A stretch of 64,000 bases of DNA from an uncultured Sulfurovum sp. (GTDB lineage Bacteria > Campylobacterota > Campylobacteria > Campylobacterales > Sulfurovaceae), in NCBI GenBank assembly GCA_902727895.1, contig CACVAP010000090.1, positions 5,129 to 69,128 of the forward strand, read 5' to 3'. Position 1 is the first letter of the stretch; every line of letters begins with the position of its first letter. The notes below the pieces were generated by a model. It was not told the origin of the DNA. It did not search any database and saw nothing but the letters and a program-made list of their open reading frames with translations. The position numbers were made by a program, and so were the translations under genes. Positions 47,060 through 57,338 of this stretch are shown piece after piece.

Positions 47060-48399
47060 TTCATAAATCTATTGTTACCCTATTTATTCTTTTAGCATTT
47101 TATCTTATAGGTTGTAGTACCTACTCTGTACCAAGCCAAAGCAAAGTTATAGTGCCAAAAGAGGACTTGAGTAAATACAACCCAAAGAACTTCTCAAAAA
47201 ACAATGCTACTGATAAAACTAAAAAACTAAAAAATGAAGATCAACTCATTATTCAAGCTATTTTTTTAGAAGAAGAAGGTGCTTATAAACAGAGTAATGA
47301 ATTTTATGCTCTGCTATATGAAGTAACCCAAAAAGAGGAATATCTTTTAAAAGAGATAAATACTGCCTACCAAGCTGGTATTCTCTCTAAAAATCTAGAT
47401 GACTTTAAAGTCTATACAGAAAGTAATCCTAAAAACCTTCAAGCTCAGCGACTCTTACTCTCCTTTTATCTAAATAAAAAAGAGTTTACTAAAGCAAAAG
47501 TAGTTGGAAAAAGGTTAACCAAACTTTCAGATGAGGCTATTGACTTTGAACTAGCAGCTAATCCTTACATTTTTACTGCTGACTATGAAACTTCATTAAT
47601 GTACCTAAAGCAAGCCTATGAAAAAACACTAAATGAAGACATATTGCTAAAAGTTGCAACCATTCAAATAAACTATCTTCATCGACTCGATGATGCCATT
47701 GATCAATTAGAGCAACATAGAGTAAAACAAGGCTGTTCAGAAAAAATTTGTTTACAACTTATTGGAATTTATGCTGGAGAGCAAAAAGTAGATAAACTTG
47801 TTCCAATTTATAAAGAACTTTATAACGTAACTCAAAAAGAAGTTTACCTCGAAAAAACTATTGAGGCTTATCTCTTAAATCAAGACATTGACTCTGCGAT
47901 TCATTACTTAGAAGAGAAAAATTCTAATCATAGCTTACTCTATTCTCTCTATATGGAGAAAAAGTCTTATGTAAAAGCGTATCAACTAACACAGGTCTTA
48001 ATAAAAAGCACCAAAGAGCCTAAATGGTATGCTGAATCTGCCATCTCTTATTATGAGTCTCTCTCAAATAAGAACGATAAAGTAGAACTTCAAAAAGTTA
48101 TTGATAGCTTTGAAAAAGCATTTGCGCTTGGTGAAAAAAATCCTGTGTACTTAAACTACTATGGATATACCCTCATAGAAAAAGAATTAGATGTAAAAAA
48201 AGGTTTAAGCATCGTAAAAAATGCCTTAACCCATGAACCTGATAATACTTACTACCTAGATTCATTAGCATGGGGTTATTACAAACTAAACAACTGTGAG
48301 AAAGCCTATCCAATTATGAAAAAAGTTGTTGAAGTTGAAGGCTTAAAAGAAGACGAGATTATTGAACACTGGAATGCCATAAATGACAAGTGTAAATAA
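47038..48399 (+). CDS. TPR-like lipoprotein
   Basis: 453 aa. Lipobox YLIGC, helical repeat content and a clear C-terminal TPR (YYLDSLAWGYYKLNNCEKAYPIMKKVVE). GTG is the only plausible start. Confidence 0.55.
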   Translation: MSWNHKIIHKSIVTLFILLAFYLIGCSTYSVPSQSKVIVPKEDLSKYNPKNFSKNNATDKTKKLKNEDQLIIQAIFLEEEGAYKQSNEFYALLYEVTQKEEYLLKEINTAYQAGILSKNLDDFKVYTESNPKNLQAQRLLLSFYLNKKEFTKAKVVGKRLTKLSDEAIDFELAANPYIFTADYETSLMYLKQAYEKTLNEDILLKVATIQINYLHRLDDAIDQLEQHRVKQGCSEKICLQLIGIYAGEQKVDKLVPIYKELYNVTQKEVYLEKTIEAYLLNQDIDSAIHYLEEKNSNHSLLYSLYMEKKSYVKAYQLTQVLIKSTKEPKWYAESAISYYESLSNKNDKVELQKVIDSFEKAFALGEKNPVYLNYYGYTLIEKELDVKKGLSIVKNALTHEPDNTYYLDSLAWGYYKLNNCEKAYPIMKKVVEVEGLKEDEIIEHWNAINDKCK

Positions 48400-48422
48400 G
48401 AATAAAATAAAAAGGTAAAACA

Positions 48423-49217
48423 TTGGCACAAATTTTAGATGACATCATTAAAAAGACAAAAGAAGACTTAGAGAAAAGAAAAGTTGACTATCCAGTAGAA
48501 TGGTTAGGTCGTTCTTTAGCACTCAACCCTTTTGCTCCAAAAGATGCCTTTACAGCACTTAAGTCTACAGAAGAAAATCCTTATAGAATAATTGCAGAAG
48601 TTAAAAAGGCAAGTCCTAGTAAAGGAATCATAAGAGAAGATTTTGACCCTATGTCTATTGGTCAAGCTTATGAAAAAGGTGGTGCAGACTCCCTCTCTAT
48701 CCTAACTGAACCTCATTTCTTTCAAGGTGACAAAGAGTACTTAGGCATGGTACGTCGTTATACGTCTATTCCTTTACTTCGTAAAGACTTTATTGTAGAT
48801 GAATACCAACTCGTAGAAGCCTTGGCTTATGGAGCAGACTATGTACTACTAATTGCAACTGCTTTAAGTCGTAAAGAGTTAAAAGGTCTTCTAAATTATA
48901 CGCGTCACCTAGGACTACAAGCTTTAGTTGAGATTCACGACAAAAAAGACTTAACCAAAGCTATTTTTGCAGGGGCAGATATTATTGGGATTAACCACCG
49001 TAATCTTGAAACTTTTGAAATGGACATGAGTTTAAGTGAAAAGCTAATTCCTTTAATTCCTAACAATAAAATTATTGTTGCAGAAAGTGGTATTACCAAT
49101 CATGAAACAGTCAAAGAACTCTCGAAAATTGGGGCTGATGCCTTTTTGGTTGGTGAACACTTTATGCGTCAAGATGATATTACTCAGGCCGTTAAAAACC
49201 TAAAATACGGAGTTTAA
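48423..49217 (+). CDS. trpC: indole-3-glycerol phosphate synthase
   Basis: 264 aa. Contains [35 protein letters not shown] and GINHRNL. Confidence 0.9.
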   Translation: MAQILDDIIKKTKEDLEKRKVDYPVEWLGRSLALNPFAPKDAFTALKSTEENPYRIIAEVKKASPSKGIIREDFDPMSIGQAYEKGGADSLSILTEPHFFQGDKEYLGMVRRYTSIPLLRKDFIVDEYQLVEALAYGADYVLLIATALSRKELKGLLNYTRHLGLQALVEIHDKKDLTKAIFAGADIIGINHRNLETFEMDMSLSEKLIPLIPNNKIIVAESGITNHETVKELSKIGADAFLVGEHFMRQDDITQAVKNLKYGV

Positions 49218-49218
49218 C

Positions 49219-50034
49219 ATGCAAAACATTGTCATTACGGGTTGTTCTACAGGCATTGGATTGGCGACAGCCCAATACTTAAAAGAGCAAGGATATAAAG
49301 TTTATCCCACTGTTAAAAATGAAAAAGATTTAACAGTTCTTCGAGCAATGGGTTTTGACAATGTTATGAAACTAGATGTTAGACATTCGGAAGAAATAGC
49401 TACCGTGATTAGTTCCATAGTTAAAGAAGATGGGAAAATAGATATTTGGTTTAACAATGCAGGGTTTGGACAGGCTGGTGCAGTTGAAGACATTAGAACA
49501 GATGTTTTAAGAGAACAATTTGAGACCAATGTTTTTGGCTTGCATGAATGTACCAGACAAATTATTCCTATTATGCGAAAACAAGGTTATGGAAAAATTA
49601 TCCAACACTCTTCTGTATTAGGTCTAATCTCATTGCTAGGTAGAGGTTCTTATAATGCTAGTAAATATGCCATTGAAGGTCTAACTGACACACTAAGACT
49701 TGAACTAGCTGGAACAAATATCTACCCTATCCTACTAAACACTGGTCCAATCACCAGTTCTTTTAGGAAAAATGCCATGCAGAAATTGAAAGAAAATGTA
49801 GATACTGAAAATTCTGTTTTTTCTGACTATTATAAAAAAGCATTATCAGCTGAGAAGTCAAAGGTCCCATTCAATGAAGAAGCTATTTCTGTAGCAAAAG
49901 TTGTACATAAAATCATTGTCACTGACAAACCAAAACCAAGATACTACATTACAAAAGCTACCTATTTACTTGGGTATTGTAAACGTATGTTAAGTACTTC
50001 TCTTTTAGATAATGTTTTAAAAAAACTTGCCTAA
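49219..50034 (+). CDS. SDR family oxidoreductase
   Basis: 271 aa. Contains ITGCSTGIGLA (TGxxxGxG), NNAG and the catalytic YNASK. Confidence 0.85.
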   Translation: MQNIVITGCSTGIGLATAQYLKEQGYKVYPTVKNEKDLTVLRAMGFDNVMKLDVRHSEEIATVISSIVKEDGKIDIWFNNAGFGQAGAVEDIRTDVLREQFETNVFGLHECTRQIIPIMRKQGYGKIIQHSSVLGLISLLGRGSYNASKYAIEGLTDTLRLELAGTNIYPILLNTGPITSSFRKNAMQKLKENVDTENSVFSDYYKKALSAEKSKVPFNEEAISVAKVVHKIIVTDKPKPRYYITKATYLLGYCKRMLSTSLLDNVLKKLA

Positions 50035-50072
50035 TTAAGTCAACTCTATAAAAACTATACCTAGGACACTAC

Positions 50073-50771
50073 TTGAATTTATTTAAAAACATAGCAGATG
50101 ACTTTTATAACGTAGGTCGAAACGATCCAGCTTTACATTCTAAGTTTGAACTTTTTTTCAACTACCCTGGTCTTTGGGCATTATTTTACCATCGTATTGC
50201 ACACTCACTATACAAAAGAGGTTTACGTTTTATTCCTCGTTTTATATCTGGATTTAATCGTTTAATTACAACCGTAGACATTCACCCTGCTGCACAAGTG
50301 GGAGAACGTGTTTTTATTGACCATGGAACGGGTGTGGTTATTGGTGAAACAGCCATTATAGGTAATGATGTTGTAATCTATCAACAAGTAACCTTAGGGG
50401 GTGTCAGTACTTCAGTTGGAAAACGTCACCCAACAGTAGGTGACCGTGTTGTTATTGGTGCTGGTGCAAAGATACTAGGTAACATTACTATAGGAGATGA
50501 TGCTAAAATTGGTGCGAACTCAGTCGTTGTAAAAAATGTTCCTTGTTGTGCTACAGCTGTTGGTGTTCCTGCCCGTATACTAAAATGTGATACACATAAT
50601 GAAGAGCTACGTCATGATGTCTTACCTGATGTAAACAAGGAAATTTTTCATTACCTTATTAAACGTATTGCTGTTTTAGAAGAGACCATTAAAACTGGTG
50701 ATGCAAACCTAATGGAGAGAGAAGATCATGAATTAGAAGAAATTTATGCAACTTTCATTAAGTCAATGTAA
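50073..50771 (+). CDS. cysE: serine O-acetyltransferase
   Basis: 232 aa. Contains DIHPAAQVGERVFIDHGTGVVIGETA followed by hexapeptide repeats. TTG start. Confidence 0.85.
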   Translation: MNLFKNIADDFYNVGRNDPALHSKFELFFNYPGLWALFYHRIAHSLYKRGLRFIPRFISGFNRLITTVDIHPAAQVGERVFIDHGTGVVIGETAIIGNDVVIYQQVTLGGVSTSVGKRHPTVGDRVVIGAGAKILGNITIGDDAKIGANSVVVKNVPCCATAVGVPARILKCDTHNEELRHDVLPDVNKEIFHYLIKRIAVLEETIKTGDANLMEREDHELEEIYATFIKSM

Positions 50772-50799
50772 TAAAACCCAATTTTTAATTCCTTTTTTT

Positions 50800-50805
50800 G
50801 TATAA
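50800..50805 (+). promoter_or_regulatory. putative -10 box (TATAAT preceded by TG and a T-run)
   Basis: tttttttgTATAATtcgcg, 35 nt upstream of the ATG at 50841. Confidence 0.3.
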
Positions 50806-50840
50806 TTCGCGAATTAAAATTAATTAAAAGGGCTAACATC

Positions 50841-52010
50841 ATGCTTTCAAAACGTATTCAAACATTATCTCCTTCTTTAACCATTGCTATTGCAACTCTT
50901 GCAAGAGAGCTCAAAGCAGAAGGTAAAGATGTTATCTCTTTCTCTGCTGGTGAACCAGACTTCGATACGCCCATAGCTGTTAAAGATGCTGCAAAAGATT
51001 CATTGGATGCTGGTCATACAAAATATACAGCTGTTCCAGGAACACCTGAATTACTTCAAGCAGTTGCTGATAAATTAAAAAGAGAAAATGGTTTGACTTA
51101 TGCAACAAACCAAATTCAAACTAACAATGGTGCGAAACACTCACTGTTTAACCTTTTTCAAGCGCTTGTAGATGAAGGTGATGAAGTTATTATTCCAGCA
51201 CCTTATTGGGTAACTTATCCAGAACTTGTTAACTATGCTGGTGGTGTTTCTGTTATTATTGATACTGATGACAGTACAGAGTTTAAAATTACAGCTGAGC
51301 AATTAAAAGCTGCGATCACTCCTAAAACAAAAATGCTTGTTTTAACTTCCCCTTCAAATCCAACTGGCGCAGTTTATTCAGAAGATGAACTTAAAGCATT
51401 GGCTGAAGTTCTTAAAGGTACAGACATCTTTGTTGCTTCCGATGAAATGTATGAAAAACTGGTTTTTGGTGACACAAAGTTTGTAGCTGCTGCGAGTATT
51501 TCAGATGATATGTTTGAACGTACCATTACTATTAATGGTTTAAGTAAATCAGCAGCCATGACAGGTTGGCGTTTTGGATACATGGCTTCTGCGAAAACAG
51601 AGCTTATAGCTGCAATGAATAAATTACAATCTCAAAGTACTTCAAACATTAATTCTATTACCCAAGATGCAGCAATTGTTGGACTTGATGGAACAATTGA
51701 TAGCGTAGTAGAAGAGATGCGTGTTGTTTTTGAAGCACGTTGTAATGAAGCTACCGATTTATTTAATGCTGTAGATGGTCTTTCAGTGGTTAGACCAAAT
51801 GGTGCATTTTATCTATTTGTAAATATTAAAGAAGTTTCAAATGACTCTATGCAATTTTGTAAAGATTTATTGGCAGACCAAGGTGTGGCTGTAGTACCAG
51901 GTGTTGGTTTTGGTTCAGAAGGATATTTTAGATTCTCTTATGCAACTGATATGGACACCATTAAAGAAGGTGTTAGACGTATTGAAGATTTTCTAAAAAA
52001 ACAAAAATAG
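50841..52010 (+). CDS. class I pyridoxal-phosphate-dependent (aspartate-type) aminotransferase
   Basis: 389 aa. Contains PSNPTG, the PLP-lysine region NGLSKSAAMTGWRFGY and the C-terminal FRFSYA. Confidence 0.9.
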   Translation: MLSKRIQTLSPSLTIAIATLARELKAEGKDVISFSAGEPDFDTPIAVKDAAKDSLDAGHTKYTAVPGTPELLQAVADKLKRENGLTYATNQIQTNNGAKHSLFNLFQALVDEGDEVIIPAPYWVTYPELVNYAGGVSVIIDTDDSTEFKITAEQLKAAITPKTKMLVLTSPSNPTGAVYSEDELKALAEVLKGTDIFVASDEMYEKLVFGDTKFVAAASISDDMFERTITINGLSKSAAMTGWRFGYMASAKTELIAAMNKLQSQSTSNINSITQDAAIVGLDGTIDSVVEEMRVVFEARCNEATDLFNAVDGLSVVRPNGAFYLFVNIKEVSNDSMQFCKDLLADQGVAVVPGVGFGSEGYFRFSYATDMDTIKEGVRRIEDFLKKQK

Positions 52011-52044
52011 AAAAACAAAAATAGAACTAAAGTTATACTTCTAT

Positions 52045-52068
52045 AAAGTGGGTGTTAACACCCACTTT
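52045..52068. terminator. 24-nt perfect palindrome between convergent genes (putative bidirectional terminator)
   Basis: AAAGTGGGTGTT|AACACCCACTTT gives a 10-bp stem with a TTAA loop. It lies between the aminotransferase stop (52010) and the queC stop (52097). Confidence 0.5.
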
Positions 52069-52096
52069 AACCCTTCCCTTTTACTTCAAACGTAAC

Positions 52097-52768
52097 TTAT
52101 ACATAATCAATTGGGTCTTCAATCCCAGCAATTTTAAAACCATTTAAACGTAAGCGACAAGAATCACATACACCACAAGCCTTATCTTCATTTTGATAAC
52201 ATGACCAAGTATCTTCAAGAGGAACATCTAAGGCTACAGATTTCCCTACTATCTCAGACTTTTTCATGTGTACTAAGGGCATCTTAATCTCTAGGTTTGT
52301 TTCATCTTTTGTACCTAAATTAATTGACTTTTCCATAGACTTTATGTACTCATCTCTACAGTCAGGATAACCAGAACTGTCTTCTTCAACTACCCCTATA
52401 AAAAGAGCTTCAGCTCCATGCTTTTCAGCAATAGCCGTAGCAACAGAAATAAAAATTCCATTTCTAAAAGGTACATAAGTTATGGGTACGCCAGACGCAA
52501 CTCCTGTTGTTGGAACTTCTAAAGAACTGTCAGTTAAAGCAGATGCTCCAATTTGTTTAAAAAAATCTAAATCAATTTCATAAGACCCAATACAGTCTAA
52601 TTTTTTTGAAATTTTTCGAAAGGAATCTAACTCTTTTTTCTCTGTTCGTTGTCCATAATTAAAGTGTAAGGCAATAACATCATAACCCTCATTTTTAGCG
52701 ATTTTAGCGCCTAAAGCACTGTCCATACCACCTGATATTATGCAAACTGCTTTTTTATAATTTGGCAT
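52097..52768 (-). CDS. queC: 7-cyano-7-deazaguanine synthase
   Basis: 223 aa. PP-loop motif ISGGMDS and the C-terminal zinc cluster C...CGVCDSC. Confidence 0.9.
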   Translation of the reverse strand: MPNYKKAVCIISGGMDSALGAKIAKNEGYDVIALHFNYGQRTEKKELDSFRKISKKLDCIGSYEIDLDFFKQIGASALTDSSLEVPTTGVASGVPITYVPFRNGIFISVATAIAEKHGAEALFIGVVEEDSSGYPDCRDEYIKSMEKSINLGTKDETNLEIKMPLVHMKKSEIVGKSVALDVPLEDTWSCYQNEDKACGVCDSCRLRLNGFKIAGIEDPIDYV

Positions 52769-52859
52769 TTAATGTCCTACTATATTTAATTTCAATTCTC
52801 ATCATATAATTCATCCATTTTTGCAAGTATTTTACCTATTTTTGGGTAAACTTTACGCC

Positions 52860-53303
52860 ATGTTAAACATTGAAAATCTTACAGACTTTACTATCAAATC
52901 TGAATTGTTAGAAAATATTGCAAATAGTGTCACATCAAGGGAGATTGATTTGACTCTGTGCTACAATCATACTATTCAACAGTATAATAAGGAGTATCGT
53001 CACAAAGACCAAGCTACTGATGTTTTAAGCTTTCCCATTGAAAATGACATAATTATAAGTACAGATAACAACTTTATGCCTTTAGGCTCTATTGTAATCT
53101 CTCTTGATTTTGTTCTTGACAAAGCAAAAGAATTTAAACACAGTAGTGATGCTGAAATGGCCTTACTTTTTATTCATGGTTTACTACATATACTAGGATA
53201 TGACCATGAAACAGATAGTGGAGAAATGAGGGAAAAGGAAGCGTTAATAATCCAAAACTTTAACCTTCCCAGTAGTTTAATAGTAAGAACAGAGGAGAAT
53301 TAA
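52860..53303 (+). CDS. ybeY: rRNA maturation RNase YbeY
   Basis: Metal motif HGLLHILGYDHE. I start at ATG 52860 (MLNIENL...), which gives about 147 aa, a typical YbeY size. The track's TTG at 52821 is less likely. Confidence 0.85.
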   Translation: MLNIENLTDFTIKSELLENIANSVTSREIDLTLCYNHTIQQYNKEYRHKDQATDVLSFPIENDIIISTDNNFMPLGSIVISLDFVLDKAKEFKHSSDAEMALLFIHGLLHILGYDHETDSGEMREKEALIIQNFNLPSSLIVRTEEN

Positions 53304-54259
53304 TGGATTTCGTCATATTTATATTAGCCATGGGGGCGCTAATATTTGGAGCTGACTTTATCGTCAACCAGAGTGAACGTATAGCCCTACGTTTTAACAT
53401 TTCAGAATTTATCATTGGATCAACGCTTATTGCCTTAGGTACAAGCTTACCAGAAATGGCTGCCAGTATGGCTGCCAGTTTAGATAACAAACCTGAAATA
53501 GCCATTGCTAATGCAGTTGGCTCAAACATTATGAATATTACACTCGTTTTAGGTGTTATTTTTATCATATCTAAACCTTTTAAACCCACACGTGATTTCT
53601 TTGCTAAAGACAGTATTTGGGCATTAATGCCAATCTTAGTCTTTTTACTTATGAGTATAGATGGTGAAATAGGGAAATTTGATGCCACCTTACTCTTTGT
53701 ACTTATGTTTGCTTATTTGCTCTTTTTACTAGAAGATGCACAAACAGATGAAGTTGAGGAAGTTGATCCAGAGTTAAAAGAAAATTTTTCATGGGTAAAA
53801 TCACTAGTACTACTTTTACTAGGTTTTACTATGGTTGTGCTAGGAGCTAGTTTCGCTATTGATTCAGCTTCAAATATTGCTACTAGTTTTGGTGTAAGTC
53901 AATGGCTTATTGGTGTTGTTGTTATCGCTTTTGGTACTTCACTTCCTGAACTTATAGTTTCTATTACGGCTGTTCTAAAAGGAAAAGTAGGTATGGCAAT
54001 AGGAAACATTATCGGTTCAAACCTAGCGAACACTACGATGGTTATCGGTGGAGCTGCTATGGTTAATAACTTAAATATTGACTTACATGCATACCACTAT
54101 GATTTAGCACTAATGACAGCTGCTACCGTTATGCTTATTTACATTACAGCCAATAAGCTTTACTCTAAACCAGCTGGAATTTCATTATTAATTGTGCTAT
54201 CTCTTTTCTTATATGAAAAAGTTTACCCTGTTATCCCAGCAGTAGCACCTGTTAGCTAA
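53303..54259 (+). CDS. calcium/sodium antiporter (CaCA family, YrbG-like)
   Basis: 318 aa with two alpha-repeat motifs, GTSLPEMAAS and GTSLPELIVS. TAATG overlap with ybeY. Confidence 0.85.
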   Translation: MDFVIFILAMGALIFGADFIVNQSERIALRFNISEFIIGSTLIALGTSLPEMAASMAASLDNKPEIAIANAVGSNIMNITLVLGVIFIISKPFKPTRDFFAKDSIWALMPILVFLLMSIDGEIGKFDATLLFVLMFAYLLFLLEDAQTDEVEEVDPELKENFSWVKSLVLLLLGFTMVVLGASFAIDSASNIATSFGVSQWLIGVVVIAFGTSLPELIVSITAVLKGKVGMAIGNIIGSNLANTTMVIGGAAMVNNLNIDLHAYHYDLALMTAATVMLIYITANKLYSKPAGISLLIVLSLFLYEKVYPVIPAVAPVS

Positions 54260-54273
54260 CCCTAAACAAACTT

Positions 54274-55518
54274 ATGAAAAACTACGACTGCATCGTCATT
54301 GGTGCAGGAGCAGCTGGTATGATGGCTGCCATTACAGCAGCCCAAAAAGACTTAGCTGTTCTTGTTCTTGAAAAACTTCCCAAAATCGCTGCCAAACTCA
54401 AAGCCACAGGTGGTGGACGCTGTAACTTAACCAATACCCTTTCAAATGAAGACTTCATGTCAAAATTTGGACGAGAAGGTCGTTTTATGACCCCTGCTCT
54501 TGAAGGATTAGATCATAAAGAACTGCAAACTTTCTTTAACAACTTAGGCGTTGAAACCCATGCTCCTGATGGATTTAGAGTTTTTCCTGTGGGACATGAT
54601 GCCATGAGCATTATTAAAGCCTTAAAAGAAGAGATGGAAAGACTAGAAGTAAACGTTATTGCGTCACAAAAGGTTGAGGCTTTAGAACACAATGGCGAAC
54701 ATATAACAGCTGTTCTAACCCAAGACAACACTTACTATAGTTCAAACGTCATTATGGCTTCTGGTGGTATGGGTTATCCTGTCTTAGGAGCAGAAGGAGA
54801 CGGTTACCCTTTAGCAGAATCTGTAGGACATAAAGTAACTGATATTCACCCAGCCATGATGCCTCTTAAAACCAAAGAACTGTGGGGAGCAAACTGTCGA
54901 GCAGATACCGTTGCCAAAGTTGAAATGCGTGTTGATATTAAAAAATATAAAAAACTTCATGCCAAAGGTGATTTGATATTTACTAAAAATGGTATCAGAG
55001 GACCTGTTGTCTTAGACTTTTCCAGAGAAATTACCCCTCTTTTGGCAAAATTTGATGAAGTTCCTATTTTAATGAACCTTACCAAAGGAATGAATGAAGA
55101 AGATATTCGTACACATTTTAAAAAATTACAAGCAGAAAACCCCCATATTACAACCCTAGAACTCGTAAAAAGTCTATTAGCAGAATCTGTAAGTATGGAA
55201 CTTTGTAAACTCGCAAATATTGACGATGCAAATGTAAGCCTAAAAAAACTCTCAGGAAGCGTACGTGACCAGCTTATTAAGTTTTTAGCTTGGACTCCCT
55301 TAACTGTAAATGGTCATGATGGTTTTAAACTTGCTATGATTACCCGTGGAGGTGTTTCTTTAAAAGAGATAGAGCCTAACACAATGCAAAGTAAAAAAAT
55401 GAAAGGCTTGTATTTTTGTGGAGAAGTCATGAACCTTGATGGTCCATGTGGAGGATACAACTTGCAATGGTCTTTTGCAAGTGGTTTTTTAGCTGGGAAA
55501 CTGTTGAGTAAGCACTAA
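54274..55518 (+). CDS. NAD(P)/FAD-dependent oxidoreductase, HI0933/BaiN-like flavoprotein
   Basis: 414 aa. Contains DCIVIGAGAAGMMAA, TGGGRCNLTN and the C-terminal GEVMNLDGPCGGYNLQW. Confidence 0.8.
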   Translation: MKNYDCIVIGAGAAGMMAAITAAQKDLAVLVLEKLPKIAAKLKATGGGRCNLTNTLSNEDFMSKFGREGRFMTPALEGLDHKELQTFFNNLGVETHAPDGFRVFPVGHDAMSIIKALKEEMERLEVNVIASQKVEALEHNGEHITAVLTQDNTYYSSNVIMASGGMGYPVLGAEGDGYPLAESVGHKVTDIHPAMMPLKTKELWGANCRADTVAKVEMRVDIKKYKKLHAKGDLIFTKNGIRGPVVLDFSREITPLLAKFDEVPILMNLTKGMNEEDIRTHFKKLQAENPHITTLELVKSLLAESVSMELCKLANIDDANVSLKKLSGSVRDQLIKFLAWTPLTVNGHDGFKLAMITRGGVSLKEIEPNTMQSKKMKGLYFCGEVMNLDGPCGGYNLQWSFASGFLAGKLLSKH

Positions 55519-55519
55519 C

Positions 55520-55672
55520 TTAATCTTCTTTTCTTTTATCTAACTTGGCTTGTTTTATTTTTGAAATGAGTCTTCCTGCAAAAGTATCAACATCCAATAC
55601 TAATTCAATAATTATAAAAATAACCGTAACAAATCCAAAAATTGCAAATACTAATTGTACATTTTCTAACAT
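55520..55672 (-). CDS. possible small membrane protein (50 aa)
   Basis: Below the track cutoff. Hand translation gives MLENVQLVFAIFGFVTVIFIIIELVLDVDTFAGRLISKIKQAKLDKRKED, one TM helix plus a basic tail. AAAGGA lies 7 nt upstream. Confidence 0.25.
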   Translation of the reverse strand: MLENVQLVFAIFGFVTVIFIIIELVLDVDTFAGRLISKIKQAKLDKRKED

Positions 55673-55739
55673 TATAAATCCTTTTTCTTTATGATATCAC
55701 AAAACTAATTATAAAGCGTTCATGAATAGACCTATAAGA

Positions 55740-56759
55740 CTATAAAACCTCAGCTCGACCATTTTCCATAACAACCATGTCTTCAATACGAATTCCAAAT
55801 TCTCCAGGAATGTAAATTCCTGGTTCAATGGTATAAACCATCCCGTCTTCAACTTTCACTTCAGATTTAGCACTGATGTATGGCATTTCATGAATATCTA
55901 ACCCAACACCATGTCCTGTAGAATGTACATAGTATTCACCAAAACCAGCTTTAGTAATGATGTCACGTGTAAAGGCATCTATCTTATTTGCTTTCATTCC
56001 TGAACGGGCTTTTTCAATGGCATTATCATGTGCTTTTAACACCAAGTCATAAGCTTTTTGGATTTTTTTCTTTTTAAACTTTTGCTCATATCCAAATTTG
56101 AAATCTTCTGTTGCAGAAACCGTACGTGTTCTATCTGAACAATAACGTTTGTATTTAAGTCCAGCATCTACTAACAGTAAATCATTGGTCTTTAATTTCG
56201 TAGTTGTAGGTAAAGCATGAGGTTTTGCAGCATTAGCATTGACAGCTGTTATGGGGTCGAATGAAAGTTCATACTTACCTCTTTTAGAAAGCATTGCTTT
56301 TCCCATAAAGGTTAACATGTTTTCGTCTTTTTTGAAACCATGTTTATGAATAAGTGCAGAAAAATCATCAAAGGCAGCAGCCCCAAGTTTCGCAGCTCGT
56401 CTAAGTAGTAAAAGTTCTTCTGAACTTTTTATAACCCGTTTTCTATGAGAAAAATCTGGGGCAGCTTTAAACTTAGCTTTTAACCCCTCAGACAACTTCT
56501 CAAAATGAAAGAGACTCCACTCTTTAGGGTCATACGTTATTTTCTTCACTGCTGATTTTGTTATGAGACTTTTCGCCTCAGCATATAAATCACCATTAAT
56601 GATGACCGTTGCACCTTGAACAAGTTCTTCAGCTTCAACAGTGTAGCGTGAATCGGTAATAAAAAAAGATTCGCTTCCTAATTTTAAAAACAATGCATTG
56701 TCTGAACTAAATCCACACTCATAATAGATGGAATTTTCGTCTTTTACTATGTAATTCAT
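55740..56759 (-). CDS. M24 family Xaa-Pro peptidase
   Basis: 339 aa. Contains LLVDAG...YCSDRTRT, HSTGHGVGLDIHE and TIEPGIY...GIRIED, the metal ligands of the pita-bread fold. Confidence 0.85.
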   Translation of the reverse strand: MNYIVKDENSIYYECGFSSDNALFLKLGSESFFITDSRYTVEAEELVQGATVIINGDLYAEAKSLITKSAVKKITYDPKEWSLFHFEKLSEGLKAKFKAAPDFSHRKRVIKSSEELLLLRRAAKLGAAAFDDFSALIHKHGFKKDENMLTFMGKAMLSKRGKYELSFDPITAVNANAAKPHALPTTTKLKTNDLLLVDAGLKYKRYCSDRTRTVSATEDFKFGYEQKFKKKKIQKAYDLVLKAHDNAIEKARSGMKANKIDAFTRDIITKAGFGEYYVHSTGHGVGLDIHEMPYISAKSEVKVEDGMVYTIEPGIYIPGEFGIRIEDMVVMENGRAEVL

Positions 56760-56802
56760 AGGAAGTTCTCCGTTTTAAATTTTATTAGCTAAATTTGGTA
56801 TT

Positions 56803-57294
56803 TTAGCCTTGTAAGTTTTGTTGTGCTATTTGAGCAGCCTGTGCTTCTCTCATAGATGCTACTTCATTCATTATTTGAATAATAGAAATCATTCCTAAAT
56901 GGTAAGACATTGGTCCAAAACCAGAAATTTGTCCAGCACATACAGGTGCTGTTAACGATTTATGTCTAAACTCTTCTCTTTGGTAAATGTTAGAAAGGTG
57001 TACTTCTACTGTAGGAATTTGTATCGCAGCAATTGCATCACGAATCGCAATAGAAGTATGTGTGTAAGCAGCAGGATTAATAATAATACCATCAGCATCA
57101 CCATAACATTCTTGAAGTCTGTCTACAATTTCACCCTCTAGGTTTGATTGAAAGAATTCAATTTCTACATTATTTTGCTTTGCAACACCTTCGATTTGAG
57201 CATGAATATCATCTAATTTTACTGGTCCATAAATATTTTGTTCTCTCATTCCGAGCATATTAAGGTTTGGACCTTGGATTACTACTACTTTCAT
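56803..57294 (-). CDS. aroQ: type II 3-dehydroquinate dehydratase
   Basis: 163 aa. Contains [36 protein letters not shown] and VEVHLSNI. Confidence 0.95.
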   Translation of the reverse strand: MKVVVIQGPNLNMLGMREQNIYGPVKLDDIHAQIEGVAKQNNVEIEFFQSNLEGEIVDRLQECYGDADGIIINPAAYTHTSIAIRDAIAAIQIPTVEVHLSNIYQREEFRHKSLTAPVCAGQISGFGPMSYHLGMISIIQIMNEVASMREAQAAQIAQQNLQG

Positions 57295-57338
57295 TCTTTC
57301 AAGCCTTCTTTGTTAATTTAGCACTAATTCTATCGAAA

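Noticed and set aside
51997-52024. Tandem duplication of the 14-mer AAAAACAAAAATAG covering the aminotransferase stop codon.
   Set aside because: It is real in the sequence, but it is a two-copy A-rich slippage product after or at the stop codon. It has no effect on the reading frame upstream, and I see no functional implication.
53260-53688. 142-aa ORF antisense to the start of the Ca/Na antiporter gene. Similar long antisense or alternate-frame track ORFs include 378..563, 993..1298, 2638..3009, 7511..7711, 8192..8856, 9035..9363, 13953..14162, 15245..15493, 19209..19424, 20010..20354, 23994..24200, 36472..36726, 37957..38355, 39689..39913, 40148..40342, 41499..41681, 42611..42808, 43712..43900, 45198..45386, 45576..45758, 46711..46938, 49302..49529, 51374..51583, 54513..54731, 57267..57455 and 61999..62238.
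   Set aside because: Each lies entirely inside, or mostly opposite, an ORF with clear family motifs. Their translations are low-complexity (S/L/F/I/K-rich) mirror images typical of AT-rich genomes, and none has an RBS-like sequence that I could see.
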